Below are positions 23,002 to 35,627 of a stretch of 64,000 nt of DNA, piece after piece. Source of the stretch: Selaginella moellendorffii. Its lineage: Eukaryota > Plantae > Lycopodiophyta. Location: NCBI RefSeq assembly GCF_000143415.4, contig NW_003314272.1, positions 1,930,374 through 1,994,373 on the forward strand, read 5' to 3'. How positions within the stretch are numbered: position 1 is the stretch's first letter; each line of letters begins with the position of its first letter. The notes under the pieces were generated by a model that worked only from the letters and a program-made list of their open reading frames with translations, ran no database searches and was not told the origin of the DNA. The translations under genes and the position numbers were made by a program.

Positions 23002-24553
23002 ATGACAAAGAGAGGTTTTAGCGAGGAAGAAGAGGAAGAACGTCTCAAGCTCCCAAAGCTGGCTATGGATGTTCCGGGCATCCAGCGCTACTTGGTGGGC
23101 ATTGAGTACATTGGCACTCGCTTCTCCGGATGGCAAAGGCAAGGAGGAGTCCGCACAGTGCAGGGAACGCTCGAGGTAAGAAGACATGAAAGCGAAAACA
23201 AAATGAAGCTTTGTCTATGCTGTGGTGCCAGGATGCGTTTTCTAGCTTCATGGGTCAATCGGTGTCGACCACTGGTTCCAGCAGAACTGTAATTCGTTTG
23301 CTTCTTTTCTTTGTCGCTTTCTCATATTGGTGTTCCAGGATGCTGGAGTTCATGCTCTTCGGAATGTCTTCCATGTTGATCTTGCTCGAACCAGCAAAAG
23401 AAAGCCTGGTGAATTGGTGAGTTGCGTTTCTCTCCATCTTTGGAGATTGTAGTTTACTCTCGCTTGTTTGCAGCTGGCTCCTCATCCTCCCGACGTGATT
23501 GTTCGGGCCGTGAACCATTTCTTACAGGTTTTTCTCTTTTGGATTGGCTTGCTTATTCTATTCAAGCTCGATGGCAGAGGGAGTCAGCTGATGTTCAGGT
23601 GGTGGATGCTAGATTTGTGCCTCCGGACTTTCACGCTCGATTCCGCGCGAAAGAACGCACGTAAGTTGTATCATCGTACATATACTAGAACGCTTTCTGT
23701 AGCCGCATCGATTTTGTAGGTACTACTATCGAATCCTCGCCGGAAGCTGTCGGGCTTCTCTGTTCGAAAGAGACCGTGCCTGGCATGTCGAGGAACCTTT
23801 GAACCTCATAGCAATGCAGGTGAAAGCATTGCTTCTATGCTTTTCTCTGTCCTTTTTTCTACTTATATGTGGCTTGTTCTAGAGTGCCTGTCAAGTTCTT
23901 TTGGGAACGCACGATTTTAGTTCCTTCAGAGCGTCTGGTTGCCAAGTATTCGATCCATAGTTTTTCTTTTCCTTTTACTGTCTCACTCAAAATTGTTGCA
24001 CAGGCAGCGTCTCCGATCAAAACTTTGGAGGAGCTCTCAATCCGCGAGACAGTCAGCTGGCCGCATTTTCTAACTGGATGCTCCTCAAACGCTCAAAGCT
24101 CCAATCCAGATCTGAAGTCATACGTGGTGACAGCTCGAGCACAGTCGTTTCTATACCACCAGGTATAGAAACTTACACTGTATTTTACGTATTTCTGCAT
24201 TACTAACGCCGAGAGAAAACAAAGGTGCGATTGATGGTAGGCACTCTCAAAGGTGTTGGAGCTGGAAAACGCACCGTTGAGGATGGTGAGTGGAACTTCC
24301 AGAGATCTTAGATACTAACAATGGCCGACGGCCGTGATTGCAGTTCGTAAGATTCTGGAAGGACGTTCAATCTCGCTCGCACTTCCTATGGCTCCAGCGT
24401 CGGGCCTCTTCCTTGCCGATGTGAAGTATGACATGGAGGACACGGCGGTAAGCGGTCCAGTATTCTTCTTTATAATGTGACTGTGGGGGCTGCATTTGCA
24501 TCTTTCAGGGTCCGAGGACTCTCAGCGGCTGCGGTTCTCCCACAGTTTCATGA
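23002..24553 (+). CDS. TruA-family tRNA pseudouridine synthase, multi-exon
   Basis: YLVGIEYIGTRFSGWQ...TVQGTLE, GSSRT|DAGVHA (catalytic Asp), DFHARFRAKERT, ARAQSFLYHQ|VRLMVG, MAPASGLFLADVKY. Confidence 0.92.
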
Positions 24554-25551
24554 TGAGATTCTCGTTCGAGACGAAGTGGGAAGGCATGAGTTGTAGCATC
24601 CATCCGCCATTTTGCGAACCTTTGCACCATGAGTTCATCACCTTTCAAATCGAGCTTTTTAGAAAAGAAAGCGTATTGACTGAGCTGGTGTTACTGGTGA
24701 GCGTGGGAATCTGCGGCCTTAATGGACGAGAGGAGTACAGAGAAGCAAGAAAACAAAACAAAACGGGAGCGGCCCATGTCCGCAAAGAAACAGATAGTTT
24801 GGAAGCACAGGGATTACATGGATCACATGGCTCCGGGGAAATTATTGGAGAAGCATACAAACACCTTCTATCCAGCTCCATTGAACTTTGACAGCATCAC
24901 AAGAAAACAAACCCGAGGTACAACTTTCGCAAGTTCGCCCTCCACCCATAATCCTTAGAGAAGACTCGAGAAAGGATCTTACCCGTGACGAGCTTACCAG
25001 TCACAAGTGATCAGCCGGGTACTTTGTTTTTCTTTTGCCTTCTCCTCATCTTGTCCTTTTTTTCTTTTTTCTCTCCGAAGATCGAACTACGCAAAGCTGA
25101 GGTGCGAGATTCCGATGCGGTTCAATCACTTGGCTTGCATTATCACTGGCAAAGGCCGAGGAACAATCTTTTAAAGAGAGGTAGGCGGCGTCCTCTATTT
25201 GGTTTTCTCTCAACTTTGCGTGCGCTGGTGGTGGTAACACCTTGGACCAACACAGTGCAAACAATCACCAAGGCTTGGTTTTTGTGGAAGAATGTGCGCT
25301 CGTGGCGGTGAAAATTCTTCATGTGAGCGATATTTCAATGCCACTCTTCTCCCTTCTATTGGAGTCGCGAGGCCTGCATGACTTTCCGGCACGTATAAAT
25401 ATGTGGCCTCCAACACACTGGAGCTTGTGCTCCAGGCATTTTCCTTCTCTCTGTCCCTCCATCACCACGTCTGGATATGTTTGCTGATTTTCCTTGCTCC
25501 ACTGACAAAGATCACACCTTGGGAAGTTCGTTCTTCTGTTTTTCCAGAGGC

Positions 25552-27455
25552 ATGAAAGAAGCCGATGAGTCTGCTCTGGCAAATGGCAATGCCAAGCATA
25601 TGGACGACGCGATCCCGGCAGTCTTGCTCCGGACAAGCAGCAGAGATGACGACGATGATCAATGGAAAAGAACTGGTTAGCTTGTTCCATAGCTTCTAAA
25701 ACTTACGATTTCTTTTTCCTGTTTCGTTGTCCCTCAGGAACTGTGTGGACTGCCTCGGCTCATGTGATCACAGCAGTGATCGGCTCTGGAGTTTTGTCAC
25801 TGGCGTGGAGCATGGCTCAGCTTGGCTGGGCAGTCGGACCCCCCGTCCTGCTCGCATTTGCATTTGTCACGTATTACACCTCCATCCTCCTCGCGGATTG
25901 CTATCGCAGCCCCGATCCAGTCACAGGGAAGCGGAATCACACGTACCAAGATGCGGTGGCAGTCACTCTAGGTGAATCTCTCTTTTTTCCTTTACGTTGT
26001 TGCTAGAGCACTCGAGTTCTTCAACTGAGCGTGATTTATCTTGTCCAGGGGGTGCAAAGGTTTGGATTTGCGGCATTGTCCAGTACACCAACTTGGTTGG
26101 AACAGCAATCGGCTACACAATCACTGCGTCGATTAGCATGGTGTAAGTTCTTGTCGAAAGCTAAAAACTATGATTTCTAAGTTCTTTTGGTTCTCTGTTC
26201 TTGCAGGGCGATAAGTCGATCAGATTGCTTCCATCGCCAAGGACACGATGGTCCGTGCTACGCCTCGGATTACCCGTACATGGTGGTGTTTGGAGCGGTG
26301 CAGATTTTGCTGTCACAAATCCCGGATTTTGATCGAATATGGTGGCTGTCCATCGCCGCAGCTATCATGTCCTTCGCCTACTCCTTCATTGGGCTTGGCC
26401 TCGGGATGGCGCGAACTTTCGGTAACCAATACATACATGTGTAAAGGCTTTCTCGCTCTCTTTTCCAGCTTATGTGCTCACGCGAGAGAGGTGTTTTTTT
26501 GCAGAGCCGGGGCACTCATACGGAACAGCCACCGGAGTCCGCATTGGAATGGGAGGACTTTCGCAAACGCGAAAGATCTGGCAAGTCTTCCAGTCGCTGG
26601 GAAATGTCGCGTTTGCATACTCTTTTTCCATGATCCTCATCGAAATACAGGTAGAAAGTCACGCTTTTTACTGAAAAAAAAAAATGCTTTTTTCTCCTTG
26701 TGTGTGTGTGTGTAGGATACGTTAAAATCTCCACCACCTGAGAACAAGACCATGAAGAAGGCGACGCTGGTGGGAGTCGTCACCACCACCGCGTTTTACA
26801 TGTCGGTGGGGTGCTTTGGCTACGCGGCCTTTGGAAACAATGCTCCTGGAAACCTCCTCACGGGCTTTGGCTTCTACGAGCCCTTCTGGCTCATCGATTT
26901 CGCAAACGCTTGCATCGTCATCCACCTTGTAGGAGCGTACCAAGTCGGTAAATCAAAACCCATCTTTGATCATCCATCTTCTCAAAAAATTTCCATCTTG
27001 TCGTTCTTATCTGTCGTGTCTCTTTCACTTCACAGGTCTATTGCCAGCCAGTGTTCGCCTATGTCGAAGGCCATGCGCGATCACGGTGGCCAAAGAACAA
27101 GTTTGTCAGCCACTACTTTAGGATCCCGATCCCTCTCCTGGGCTGTTACAAATTCACGCTGCTCACGCTTGTCTGGAGGAGCGCTTTTGTGGTAGTGACC
27201 ACCATCGTGTCGATGCTGCTCCCCTTCTTCAACGACGTCCTGGGCCTCCTTGGCGCGATCTCGTTTTGGCCGCTCACAGTCTACTTTCCAATCGAGATGT
27301 ATATTAAGCAGAGAAGCATCGTGAGGTGGTCGCCAAAGTGGATCGGTCTTAAGGCCCTTGATTTGGGCTGCTTGCTCGTGTCCGTGGCCGCGACGCTGGG
27401 ATCCGTGGAAGGCATTGCGCTATCCCTCAAAGAATACGCCCCCTTCAAGTCATAG
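25552..27455 (+). CDS. AAP: Amino acid permease (AAAP family), multi-exon
   Basis: KRTG|TVWTASAHVITAVIGSGVLSLAW, LGNVAFAYSFSMILIEIQ|DTLKSPP, PGNLLTGFGFYEPFWLIDFAN, FWPLTVYFPIEMY. Confidence 0.95.
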
Positions 27456-28804
27456 AACGGATTGAATTTTAAAATGTACTACTTCAAAGTAGTGATTGAT
27501 ACTCCATATTCATTAATATTAACATGCAAAACCTAGGTTGATTAGTCACTTTTAAAGGGTATTTATGCGGAGATTGGCAGTTTTTATTTAAATAATTAAC
27601 ATTAAAATTAATAAGAGAGATTTTAATAATGATAGTTTAAGGGTAAATAAATTTGAAATAAATAGATATGTTTATAAACACTCTTCAGTGATTAGATTAG
27701 AAGAGAAATCTAATACATTTTTAATATATAGTGCGAAATGCTTAATGCAAGAGATTTTATATTTTAATTTCCTTACTTATTATTTTATGATTTTAAGAAT
27801 TTTCATTTATATAGTAGTGATATCAATAATTATCAAAAATTAAAAAACAAAATTTATTTCTTATGTATTTTTCTAAATTTCTAGAAAAATTTTACGTTTT
27901 AAAAAGTAATATACACTTTTAAATATGACTTCAATAAAAAATAAATGGAAAATTTCTCATCCATATTTTATTTATGTAAAGCTTTATATTCAACTATTCA
28001 GAAATTATAATTGGGATAATTTACACTATTTAAACAAATTTTAATTATATTTAACGGTTCCCTACTCACATCAGCTCCCAATATGAAATGTTAATTTTTC
28101 AAATATAATTTTAAATTCAATGTTAAATATTTTGTTGATTTTATTGAACATATGTAAATTTAAATATTGATAAGTTTCAAAAGAGTAATATTTCATCAGA
28201 CTTAAGCTAATTGTAAATGTAAAAGGCAAAACGTTCATATTCAATATGATGAATTAATATCGTGTTAAAAAAAATTAGCGTTAGCAAAATAAACAGTAGG
28301 TACTGGTATTAAACTATTTAAAATAATCTTGAAAAAAATTTAAATTAGATGAAAATAGCTGAAATATTTTTATGTTTTTTTTTCATTAATCAATATTCTT
28401 TAACAAACAAGATTAATATTGAAATCAATAATAAGTTTGGTAAATAGAATATAATTGCAATAAACTACTTTATCAAACAACAATGTTTTAAATTTTAGAA
28501 AAGTTAAAAATATTAAACTCTATATTGCACTATAGTTTTGAATTTACTAACTAAACAATAGAATGTGTTTGAAGGCGCAGAGCATCGATATTCTCTAGGT
28601 CCTCGGACATGGACAGCTTTAGCCTGAATTTCTTTGCTTCATAATGGAAGAGTACCGGCCGAAAGGCATCCTCTTCGAGCGGTGCCCGATTTTCTCGAAT
28701 CTGCACGCGGATTCTCTCATCACCATTAAAACTGTTCCCTTTGTACTTATGCTTATATTAAATAGAGTTAAACCATTTGAGTAATTAATTTGTCATCTAA
28801 GTAA

Positions 28805-28932
28805 AATTCCCTGTGCTCGTCTAGAGGAGTGTCTTTGTGGTGTTTACCACCATTGTATGAAGCTGCTCCTTTCTTCAATAATGCTCATGGTTTACTACCC
28901 GATCCAGATGTGTATCAAGCAAGCAAGCACTA
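28805..28932 (+). pseudogene. Degenerate fragment of the AAP last exon
   Basis: gtctagaggagtgtctttgtggtgtttaccaccattgt...ctgctcctttcttcaat...tactacccgatccagatgtgtatcaagca aligns by eye with 27171-27320. It carries a TGG>TAG change and an internal deletion. Confidence 0.7.
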
Positions 28933-28966
28933 TACACAAGTTTCGCGCCCATAACTTCTTTGATCG

Positions 28967-31636
28967 TCACCAAAAGTTCTTGCAAGAACACTCCCCACTC
29001 TCAAACACATGGAACCGGCTCGTGTCCCGGCAAACAATCACCCTCTCCTCGATCCGGGAGATGATCGCGGTGGCCCTGTGGCAATCCTCGCAAACTCGCA
29101 AATTCTTGACAACCCTCACCGATTCCCTGGCCGGAGTGTTGACGATCGCGCACGCGATGGCCAGGCGCTCGCTATGCCCGCACAGCGTCCCCTCCTTCTC
29201 AACCTCCGCGATGTTGTGCGTCACACACCCCACCTCCGCGACGTATCCATGCCTCTCCTTCATCACGCCCAAGAGCTCCTTAATCTTGGCGGCGATGGCG
29301 TCTCCCTGCGGGTGGTGATCCACTTCCCCCGCCCGGAACTTGTGAACAATTCCCGATCTGGGACACACCCACCAGCTCTGCCCGGCCTTCTTCCAAGTCC
29401 CGGCCTTGCCCCGCCGCTCGAGAACTCTAGCCTGCTCTTCCCACAGCCCAGCGCTCCCAAGAACGCTGGCCATCACCACGTACGCCACATCCAGTCTCGG
29501 ATCCATCGCCACCAGCGCCTCAAACGCCACCCTCGCGATCGCCGAGTTCTTCCACTTGTGGCAAGCTCCCAGGACGATCTTCCACGTCGCGGCATTCGCT
29601 ACAAATGACGATCCGGTGGCCACCGCCAGCGCCTCATCCAGGAGATTCGCGCGGCCCAGCATGTCCACCATGCAATTGTAATGCTCCGCCAGCGGCGCGA
29701 TGCGGTAGCGCTCCACCATCGCCGAGAAGATCTCCCGGCCGCGATCTACCAGCCCGGCGTGGCTGCATGCGGCGAGGAGAGATACGAACGCCACCGCGCA
29801 CGGCTCCACGCCGGAGCCTCGCATCTCCTCGAAGGTGGCAAACACTCTCCCAGCATCACCCTGGCGGCTGTATCCCGCAAGGAGAGCGCTCCACGCCACC
29901 TTGTTCTTCCTCCTCTCGTCCATCGATCGAAAGACTTTCTCGGCCTCCTCCATGCTGCCGCACTTGCCATAGAAATCCACCAGCGTCACTGCCAGGTACG
30001 TGTCCGCGGTGAATCCCAGCATGGAAGCCTCACGGTGGAGCGCTCTCCCGGCCTCGAGCGCCGCCAAGCTCGAGCACGCCATGAGCGCCACGACGTAAGC
30101 TCTCGCGCACGGCGGCGATGGCGACTGAGGAGATCGCTTCATCCGGTCGAAGAGCTCCAGCGCGAGATCGTCGTCGCCGTTCTCGACGTAGCCGAGGATC
30201 AAGCTGGACCACGAGACGGCGGTGCGAGCGGGCATCCTGTCAAACACGCGCTGAGAATCGACCATACTCCCACACTTGGCATACATACCGATCAAACTGT
30301 TCAACAAGAACACGTCCGAGCGGCACCACCCTTTCTTCTCGGCTCGAGCGTGGATCTCCATCGCCTTCCCCAGGGACTCCAGCTTCACCACCCTCCCCTC
30401 GATCTCCCGGCCGGGCTCTTTCGCCGCTGTGCTCGCGATGGCGGCGATGGCGGCAGTGAAGCTGCGAGCGTCCGGCTCCAGGCACTGCTCCAAGCAGTGG
30501 AAGCAGCCGAGAGCTCGATCACCCTCTCCATTCTCGGCGAGTCCCAGCACCATCGAGTTCCAGGCGACGAGGTCGCGGCGAGGCATGGCCTGGAAGACCA
30601 TCCACGCCTCCTCCGCGGCGCCGCTCTTGGAGTAGGCATCCACGAGCTTGCTCGCCACGAAGAGATCTCCCGCGCAGCCCTTCTCCGCAGCGAGGGAATG
30701 GATAGCTCGGCAGCGTTCCAGGCTCTTGGGCTTGACCATCTTGCCACCATCGACGTCCACCGCGTCCTCGCGCGACGCCAGGTTCCCGCTAGCCATGATC
30801 GCCGCCACGAAGGTCCGCGCGTCGGGATCACACCCGGGCGGCATTGAGTCGAAGAGCTCCAGCGCGAGATCATCGTCGCCATTCTCGACGTAGGCCAGGA
30901 TCAAGGTGGTCCACGACACCACGTCGTGGCGAGGCATCCGGTCGAAGACAATGCGCGCGTCCTCGACGCTGCTGAGCTTCGAGTACATGTCGAGCAGCGC
31001 GCTGGCGACGAAGATGTCCGATTCGTGGCCCCGGGCCCGGCAGTGGATCGCCATGCCCGCGTCAAGCAAGCCCAGATCGATCTTCCTGGAGACGTGGTTT
31101 TCTGGAACAGCATCGCTAGCGCAGATGCCCAGTGACGGCATTTGCGTGCCACCTTGCAATGGAAGCAGCTGCCGCGCGGCGCGAAGGCTTTCCCCCTCGA
31201 TCTTGGAGGAGAGAGCCGCGACCGCTGCCACGAATGCGGTGGCGTCGGCCTCACACCCGGAGGCGAGCATCGCGTGGAAGGCGGCGATGGCGGAGTCGGG
31301 GTCGCGGTTCTCGGCGTAGCCCGCGATAAGCGCGGTCCACGAGACGGCGTTGTGGCGGCGCATCGCATCGAAGACGCGCCGGGCGTTGGCCATGCTGCCG
31401 CATCTGGCGTACATTGCGACGAGCGATGTCTCCACGAAGATGTCGCCGTGGCTGTGGTGCTCCAAGTGGAGCTTCTTACCCGTGTCAATGTCGCGCGCGC
31501 GGCCGCAAGCCTTGAGAGCTGCGATGAGCGTCGGCCCACAGTCCTGGAGGCCGCCGCCTCCTCCTCTTCTTCCATGCGATCCTGTGATGCCGCCCTCCCT
31601 GTAGCAGCGCCCCGCCGCGAAGCAATACCGCGGCAT
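28967..31636 (-). CDS. PLS-E-DYW PPR RNA-editing factor
   Basis: PLS repeats, PG-box variant KKAGQSW, deaminase signature HSERLA...NLRVCEDCH, ending CSCKNFW*. Confidence 0.95.
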   Translation of the reverse strand: MPRYCFAAGRCYREGGITGSHGRRGGGGGLQDCGPTLIAALKACGRARDIDTGKKLHLEHHSHGDIFVETSLVAMYARCGSMANARRVFDAMRRHNAVSWTALIAGYAENRDPDSAIAAFHAMLASGCEADATAFVAAVAALSSKIEGESLRAARQLLPLQGGTQMPSLGICASDAVPENHVSRKIDLGLLDAGMAIHCRARGHESDIFVASALLDMYSKLSSVEDARIVFDRMPRHDVVSWTTLILAYVENGDDDLALELFDSMPPGCDPDARTFVAAIMASGNLASREDAVDVDGGKMVKPKSLERCRAIHSLAAEKGCAGDLFVASKLVDAYSKSGAAEEAWMVFQAMPRRDLVAWNSMVLGLAENGEGDRALGCFHCLEQCLEPDARSFTAAIAAIASTAAKEPGREIEGRVVKLESLGKAMEIHARAEKKGWCRSDVFLLNSLIGMYAKCGSMVDSQRVFDRMPARTAVSWSSLILGYVENGDDDLALELFDRMKRSPQSPSPPCARAYVVALMACSSLAALEAGRALHREASMLGFTADTYLAVTLVDFYGKCGSMEEAEKVFRSMDERRKNKVAWSALLAGYSRQGDAGRVFATFEEMRGSGVEPCAVAFVSLLAACSHAGLVDRGREIFSAMVERYRIAPLAEHYNCMVDMLGRANLLDEALAVATGSSFVANAATWKIVLGACHKWKNSAIARVAFEALVAMDPRLDVAYVVMASVLGSAGLWEEQARVLERRGKAGTWKKAGQSWWVCPRSGIVHKFRAGEVDHHPQGDAIAAKIKELLGVMKERHGYVAEVGCVTHNIAEVEKEGTLCGHSERLAIACAIVNTPARESVRVVKNLRVCEDCHRATAIISRIEERVIVCRDTSRFHVFESGECSCKNFW

Positions 31637-31694
31637 TCATTGCCAAGAACCCTAAAGTTATAACATTTTAACCAAAAACATTCTTCTAGAGCTA

Positions 31695-32927
31695 TCAAAG
31701 TAGCGCTAGAGAGCTCCAAGCGAGAGCTACCGCATCATCCCCAAGAGCTTCGTCCCGGACGAGTGGAACAGTCCTCCAAAACTTGAAATCTCTGCTGGAG
31801 TTTGCATCACCGCCCTCGAGCCTCTGTGCGCAAATGGAAGCGTAGTGATGCTGCGATGGCTCGAACAGCAAGAACTGCCATCTCCAGGGACTCTCTTCCG
31901 ACTCGAGCGAGATCGTCTGTGCCTGCATCACAGGCAAAAGAGTTCTTTTACTTGCTGGATCCATCCTAGAAATCACACCTCTGGGTGCTGGTGTAGCTGC
32001 ATTGAGATCGCTTCCGTTCCGGGAAAGCTTGCATCAAATCCGAACGAGAAGTTGCTCAGTGGTGCGCCGCTAATGCCTCTCCCGAGAGCCTTGACGTAGG
32101 CTTCCTGGTAAGAACGGAATCTCAGTCAGAGTGATGGAGCCGAGAAAACTGTGTGACTTTGAGCGTCCATAGCTGAATGAAACGACGGCGTTGCTCGTCA
32201 CTAGAGGAAGACGCGAAGCCTTGCAACCATGACACTTCCTTGTCTGAGAGCCATCGCCTGGCCAGGCGCATGAGATTGCTTCCAAAAACCCGACGCTTGT
32301 CTTCCACATCAACTCCTAGCTGCGCAACTCAAACAAGACTTACAGGCAAAGAAATCTATGGAAACTTATCACCTCGGAATGAGTAGTAACCGCGCATGAT
32401 ATCAGCGAGCTTGTGTGTGACAAGCTGAAACATAGACCATTCATGCCGACAAGCTGGGAAAATGAAAGAAAAATTAGAGTGGATACAAAACTGTCAAGAA
32501 CTCCGGACCTCAGGCTTGCCAAACTCGTTCTTTGAAAACTTGAGCGACCCTGGTGCGATCGTACCACCGGAATCTGCGAGGAAAAGATAAACTCAAAAGA
32601 GATTGATACACGAGAATTTAGAGGCAAAGGCATGGTTGATCTTACATCTAGCGAGCGTGGTACGCACCAAAGCACGAGTGAGGAGACGCTCCTTTCGCAA
32701 GCGCTCGGAATCCACGCTATAAACTCGGTCGCGCTCATCGGAAGAAAGAAAGCTCTCGTAGGCCTTGAGCAGGGAAGGGCTCTGGACGTCTTCGACAAAC
32801 AAAAACCAGCAATGGACCTCCCTGCATTGCTGAATGATCCTCAAACTATGCGAAGAAGGACGAAGGAGAGACACACTGCTCAATACCTGAGAAGCGGCGC
32901 AGGGCGGAAAAGATGAGCTCCCCACAT
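31695..32927 (-). CDS. 4'-phosphopantetheinyl transferase (Sfp/AASDHPPT type), multi-exon
   Basis: RKERLLTRALVRTTLAR, FSLSHTSSLISCAVT, LGVDVE, FIQLWTLK|EAYVKALGRGI. Confidence 0.88.
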
Positions 32928-33502
32928 TAATTCTACAACCCTAAATCCTCTCCAAATTAGTTAGGAAGATGCCATGAGCAAAGCTTGAAGAGCGTGGAGC
33001 GGGCGCATTGAAGGTCAAGAACGGGACGACATGGACAATGTTTTTAAACCTTCATGTCTCATGCTTCATCGAGATTGTGTAAACAGTATATGAATGAATA
33101 AATGAAAACATCTGTATATTGCATTTGCAAAAATTATTTCCCCTGGATTTCCGAAAATATTATCCCGTAATTTTTAAAAGATTAAATTCTTATTCTACTT
33201 CATTATGAAGAAGTTGATTGTCCTTCCAACTTCTAAATTTGAACCACTTGCAAGATAAATATCAATACTGCCTCCATAATAATCTTACAGTCCATTTATA
33301 ACTAGTGACTTGGAAAATGCATCCCAAGCAGCCCTGTTGTCAGGCTCCCTCAAGTAATACACTCCCTCACCAGATTAGGAGCTTTAGAATTGTATGCTGT
33401 CACATAACACATTCACCAAAAACCTTACAAAAGAAGGTCTTGCATTTAAAAAGCACTCATGCACTTCCCATTCTGCTTCTCTATAATGCATTACTTGTAA
33501 AC

Positions 33503-34105
33503 TCAGTAAAGTGTAAACTCATCAAAGTGGACTTCTGCAACTTCTTCTGGACCGTGGTCTTTAGACAGCGTGCTCTTGGCAACTTCAGTGTTTGGAGTTG
33601 TAGTCATACTTATAACTGACGTAATCCTAAGTGCCATCCTACGTTCGATAAAGAAATTGTGGTTCAGAAACGAAGTGAACGTGAACGTCTTGGCTTCTGA
33701 GAGGTGGCAGCACTCTGGATTGTTAAACAGCAGCCACGGGAAGCCTCCTACGGTGGTGTACCGCCTATCGACATCCACCTTGTAGATGCCATTCTTCGAC
33801 CACCCGTGGTTATTTCTATCCGGAATGCAAGCGAGTATACACGTCCCTATTGTCCAAAACTCATACATAGTCCTGCTTCTGTACCCGAGAGGAGTTCCAG
33901 GCTCCAAGGTGAGCTTCTGTTGCACGAATCTGGTGGAGTTCAGAGCAAATTCCTGCATCTGCTTGTAGCAGTTGCGGATCATGAAAACGTAGCCTTGTGC
34001 CATCAATGCCTTGGTCGCAAAGTCAAAGCGGCTATCGTAGCTCAATCTCAATCTCTTCCACGTCCTCGCCATTGCGGAAGTCAATGGGGAAATCTGCAGA
34101 ATCAA
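33503..34105 (-). CDS. Uncharacterised ORF or terminal exon (~200 codons)
   Basis: Open frame with an upstream ttctgcag acceptor-like site; no family recognised. Confidence 0.3.
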
Positions 34106-34509
34106 CTGAATCCAGGTAAAAACAAAGCGCTCAATTTGAGCCGCTTGTCTCCGCCACTATCCATCTCCACAGCATCTTCATCCAGCTCAAGCTGGGGTGG
34201 CCCCTTTCTATTCTCACGTAACGATGGAGGAGAATGACTCAGACAATGATCGTACGATTCTCAAATGGATAGGCGATCAACATAATAGTATTGGAGCCGT
34301 GTAGTGGAACATCGAAGTCCAGAACATCCAAAGATTGGCAGAATCTGTTGATTGAAAGGTGACAGCTTTGCATTGAGAAATGCAATTCTGAGGAGAACTC
34401 AAAGAGATTTTCCCCAACCAAGACTGCGTGAGGATCTTCGGGTGTCCATCTACCAGTAAACCAAAACTAAAGCAAAGCTTAAGCTCGACTAAAGTACACT
34501 CTTTCAATG

Positions 34510-35518
34510 TCAATTGCGCAATCCAAAGTGAATGAAGGGTGAGGATGGCATGGCATATTCACCCACATACCCAGAATGTGTTATGTCCTTGTACGTATTC
34601 TCAAATCCAATATATCGCAAATGGATCATGTTGTCGCATATCAACTCACGGACAATCGCAACGACTTTTCGGACATTCTCTTCCCCATATTCTCTGTCCA
34701 TCCCCTGCAACTGATATTTGGCTCGCTCCGATGCACATTTCCTAATTCTCACCATCCATGCACGGCTCGTAGACGAGCTGCTCGTCGTGTTATCGCTGGC
34801 TGGTGAATTTGCTGCTCATCCCGCAAGATGCTTAGCCAGGGCCTCATACAAGGTCCAAACGGACACGCAGCCATCATGGTCTAGGATGGTCGTCATAGCC
34901 AGACACCATTGCTGGTATGTCCAGCCCAATCCTTTATCCAGCCTCTGCATCACGACGCTATGAATTGCGTCAGAATTCTGGGCATGAACTTGGTCTAGAG
35001 TGTCAACTCAAGACATCATCAACACTGCCGTGTCTGCCAAATGCTCGAGACAGACAAAACTCCTGCGGCATGCATCATGTATGTCTTCCCACACAGCATC
35101 GTCCAAGGCAGGTGCCCAAGTACCCACCCACAGGAGCAATGAGCTTGGCGAGGTAGTCCCTGGCCTCGTCTTTGCCCCCACTGTAAACTGATCAAGCTTC
35201 CAAGAGTCATCACAGGCTTGACGGCAGGAAACGATTCCACGTATCACCCAAAAGCTGGCGCAAAGTTGCCGCGGCCTCTGCGGCTTGAGTGATAAAACTC
35301 AAGTTGATATACAACACGGGAGTGAAAACCATCGGGCTTGCTGGCCCTGTCTGCCGGATCTTCACCACTCTCTTGAGCAGCGTGGATTTGCCTCCACTTC
35401 GCTTGAGGAGCACCAAGAGCCTCTCCAGCTCTTCTTTCCTGTTGAAAAGGAATACAGGAAGAAGCCAGACGAGGGGAGGTAGAACACATTCCCCTCGTCT
35501 GGCTTGCTTGCTACGCAA
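34510..35518 (-). pseudogene. Decayed paralog of the 55.2-56.4 kb P-loop ATPase
   Basis: Fragments [54 protein letters not shown] and [10 protein letters not shown] are collinear with the other copy. Stops, frameshifts and deletions are present. Confidence 0.6.
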
Positions 35519-35627
35519 ACCCTAAAAATGGTAACTTAAAATTCCTTAAGACCTAAATTTGGCCAGTTTTATTACAAGAATAAATAATGGTCTAAGAATA
35601 TACTGTCCCTTCAAGATTGTAGATTTT

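Noticed and set aside
28560-28730. GC-richer patch with a short open minus-strand frame
   Set aside because: About 55 codons with no recognisable homology or gene structure.
29009-31719. Many long overlapping or antisense ORFs over the PPR-DYW gene (also over other PPR and NPH3 genes)
   Set aside because: Expected shadow frames of GC-rich coding sequence; no motifs.
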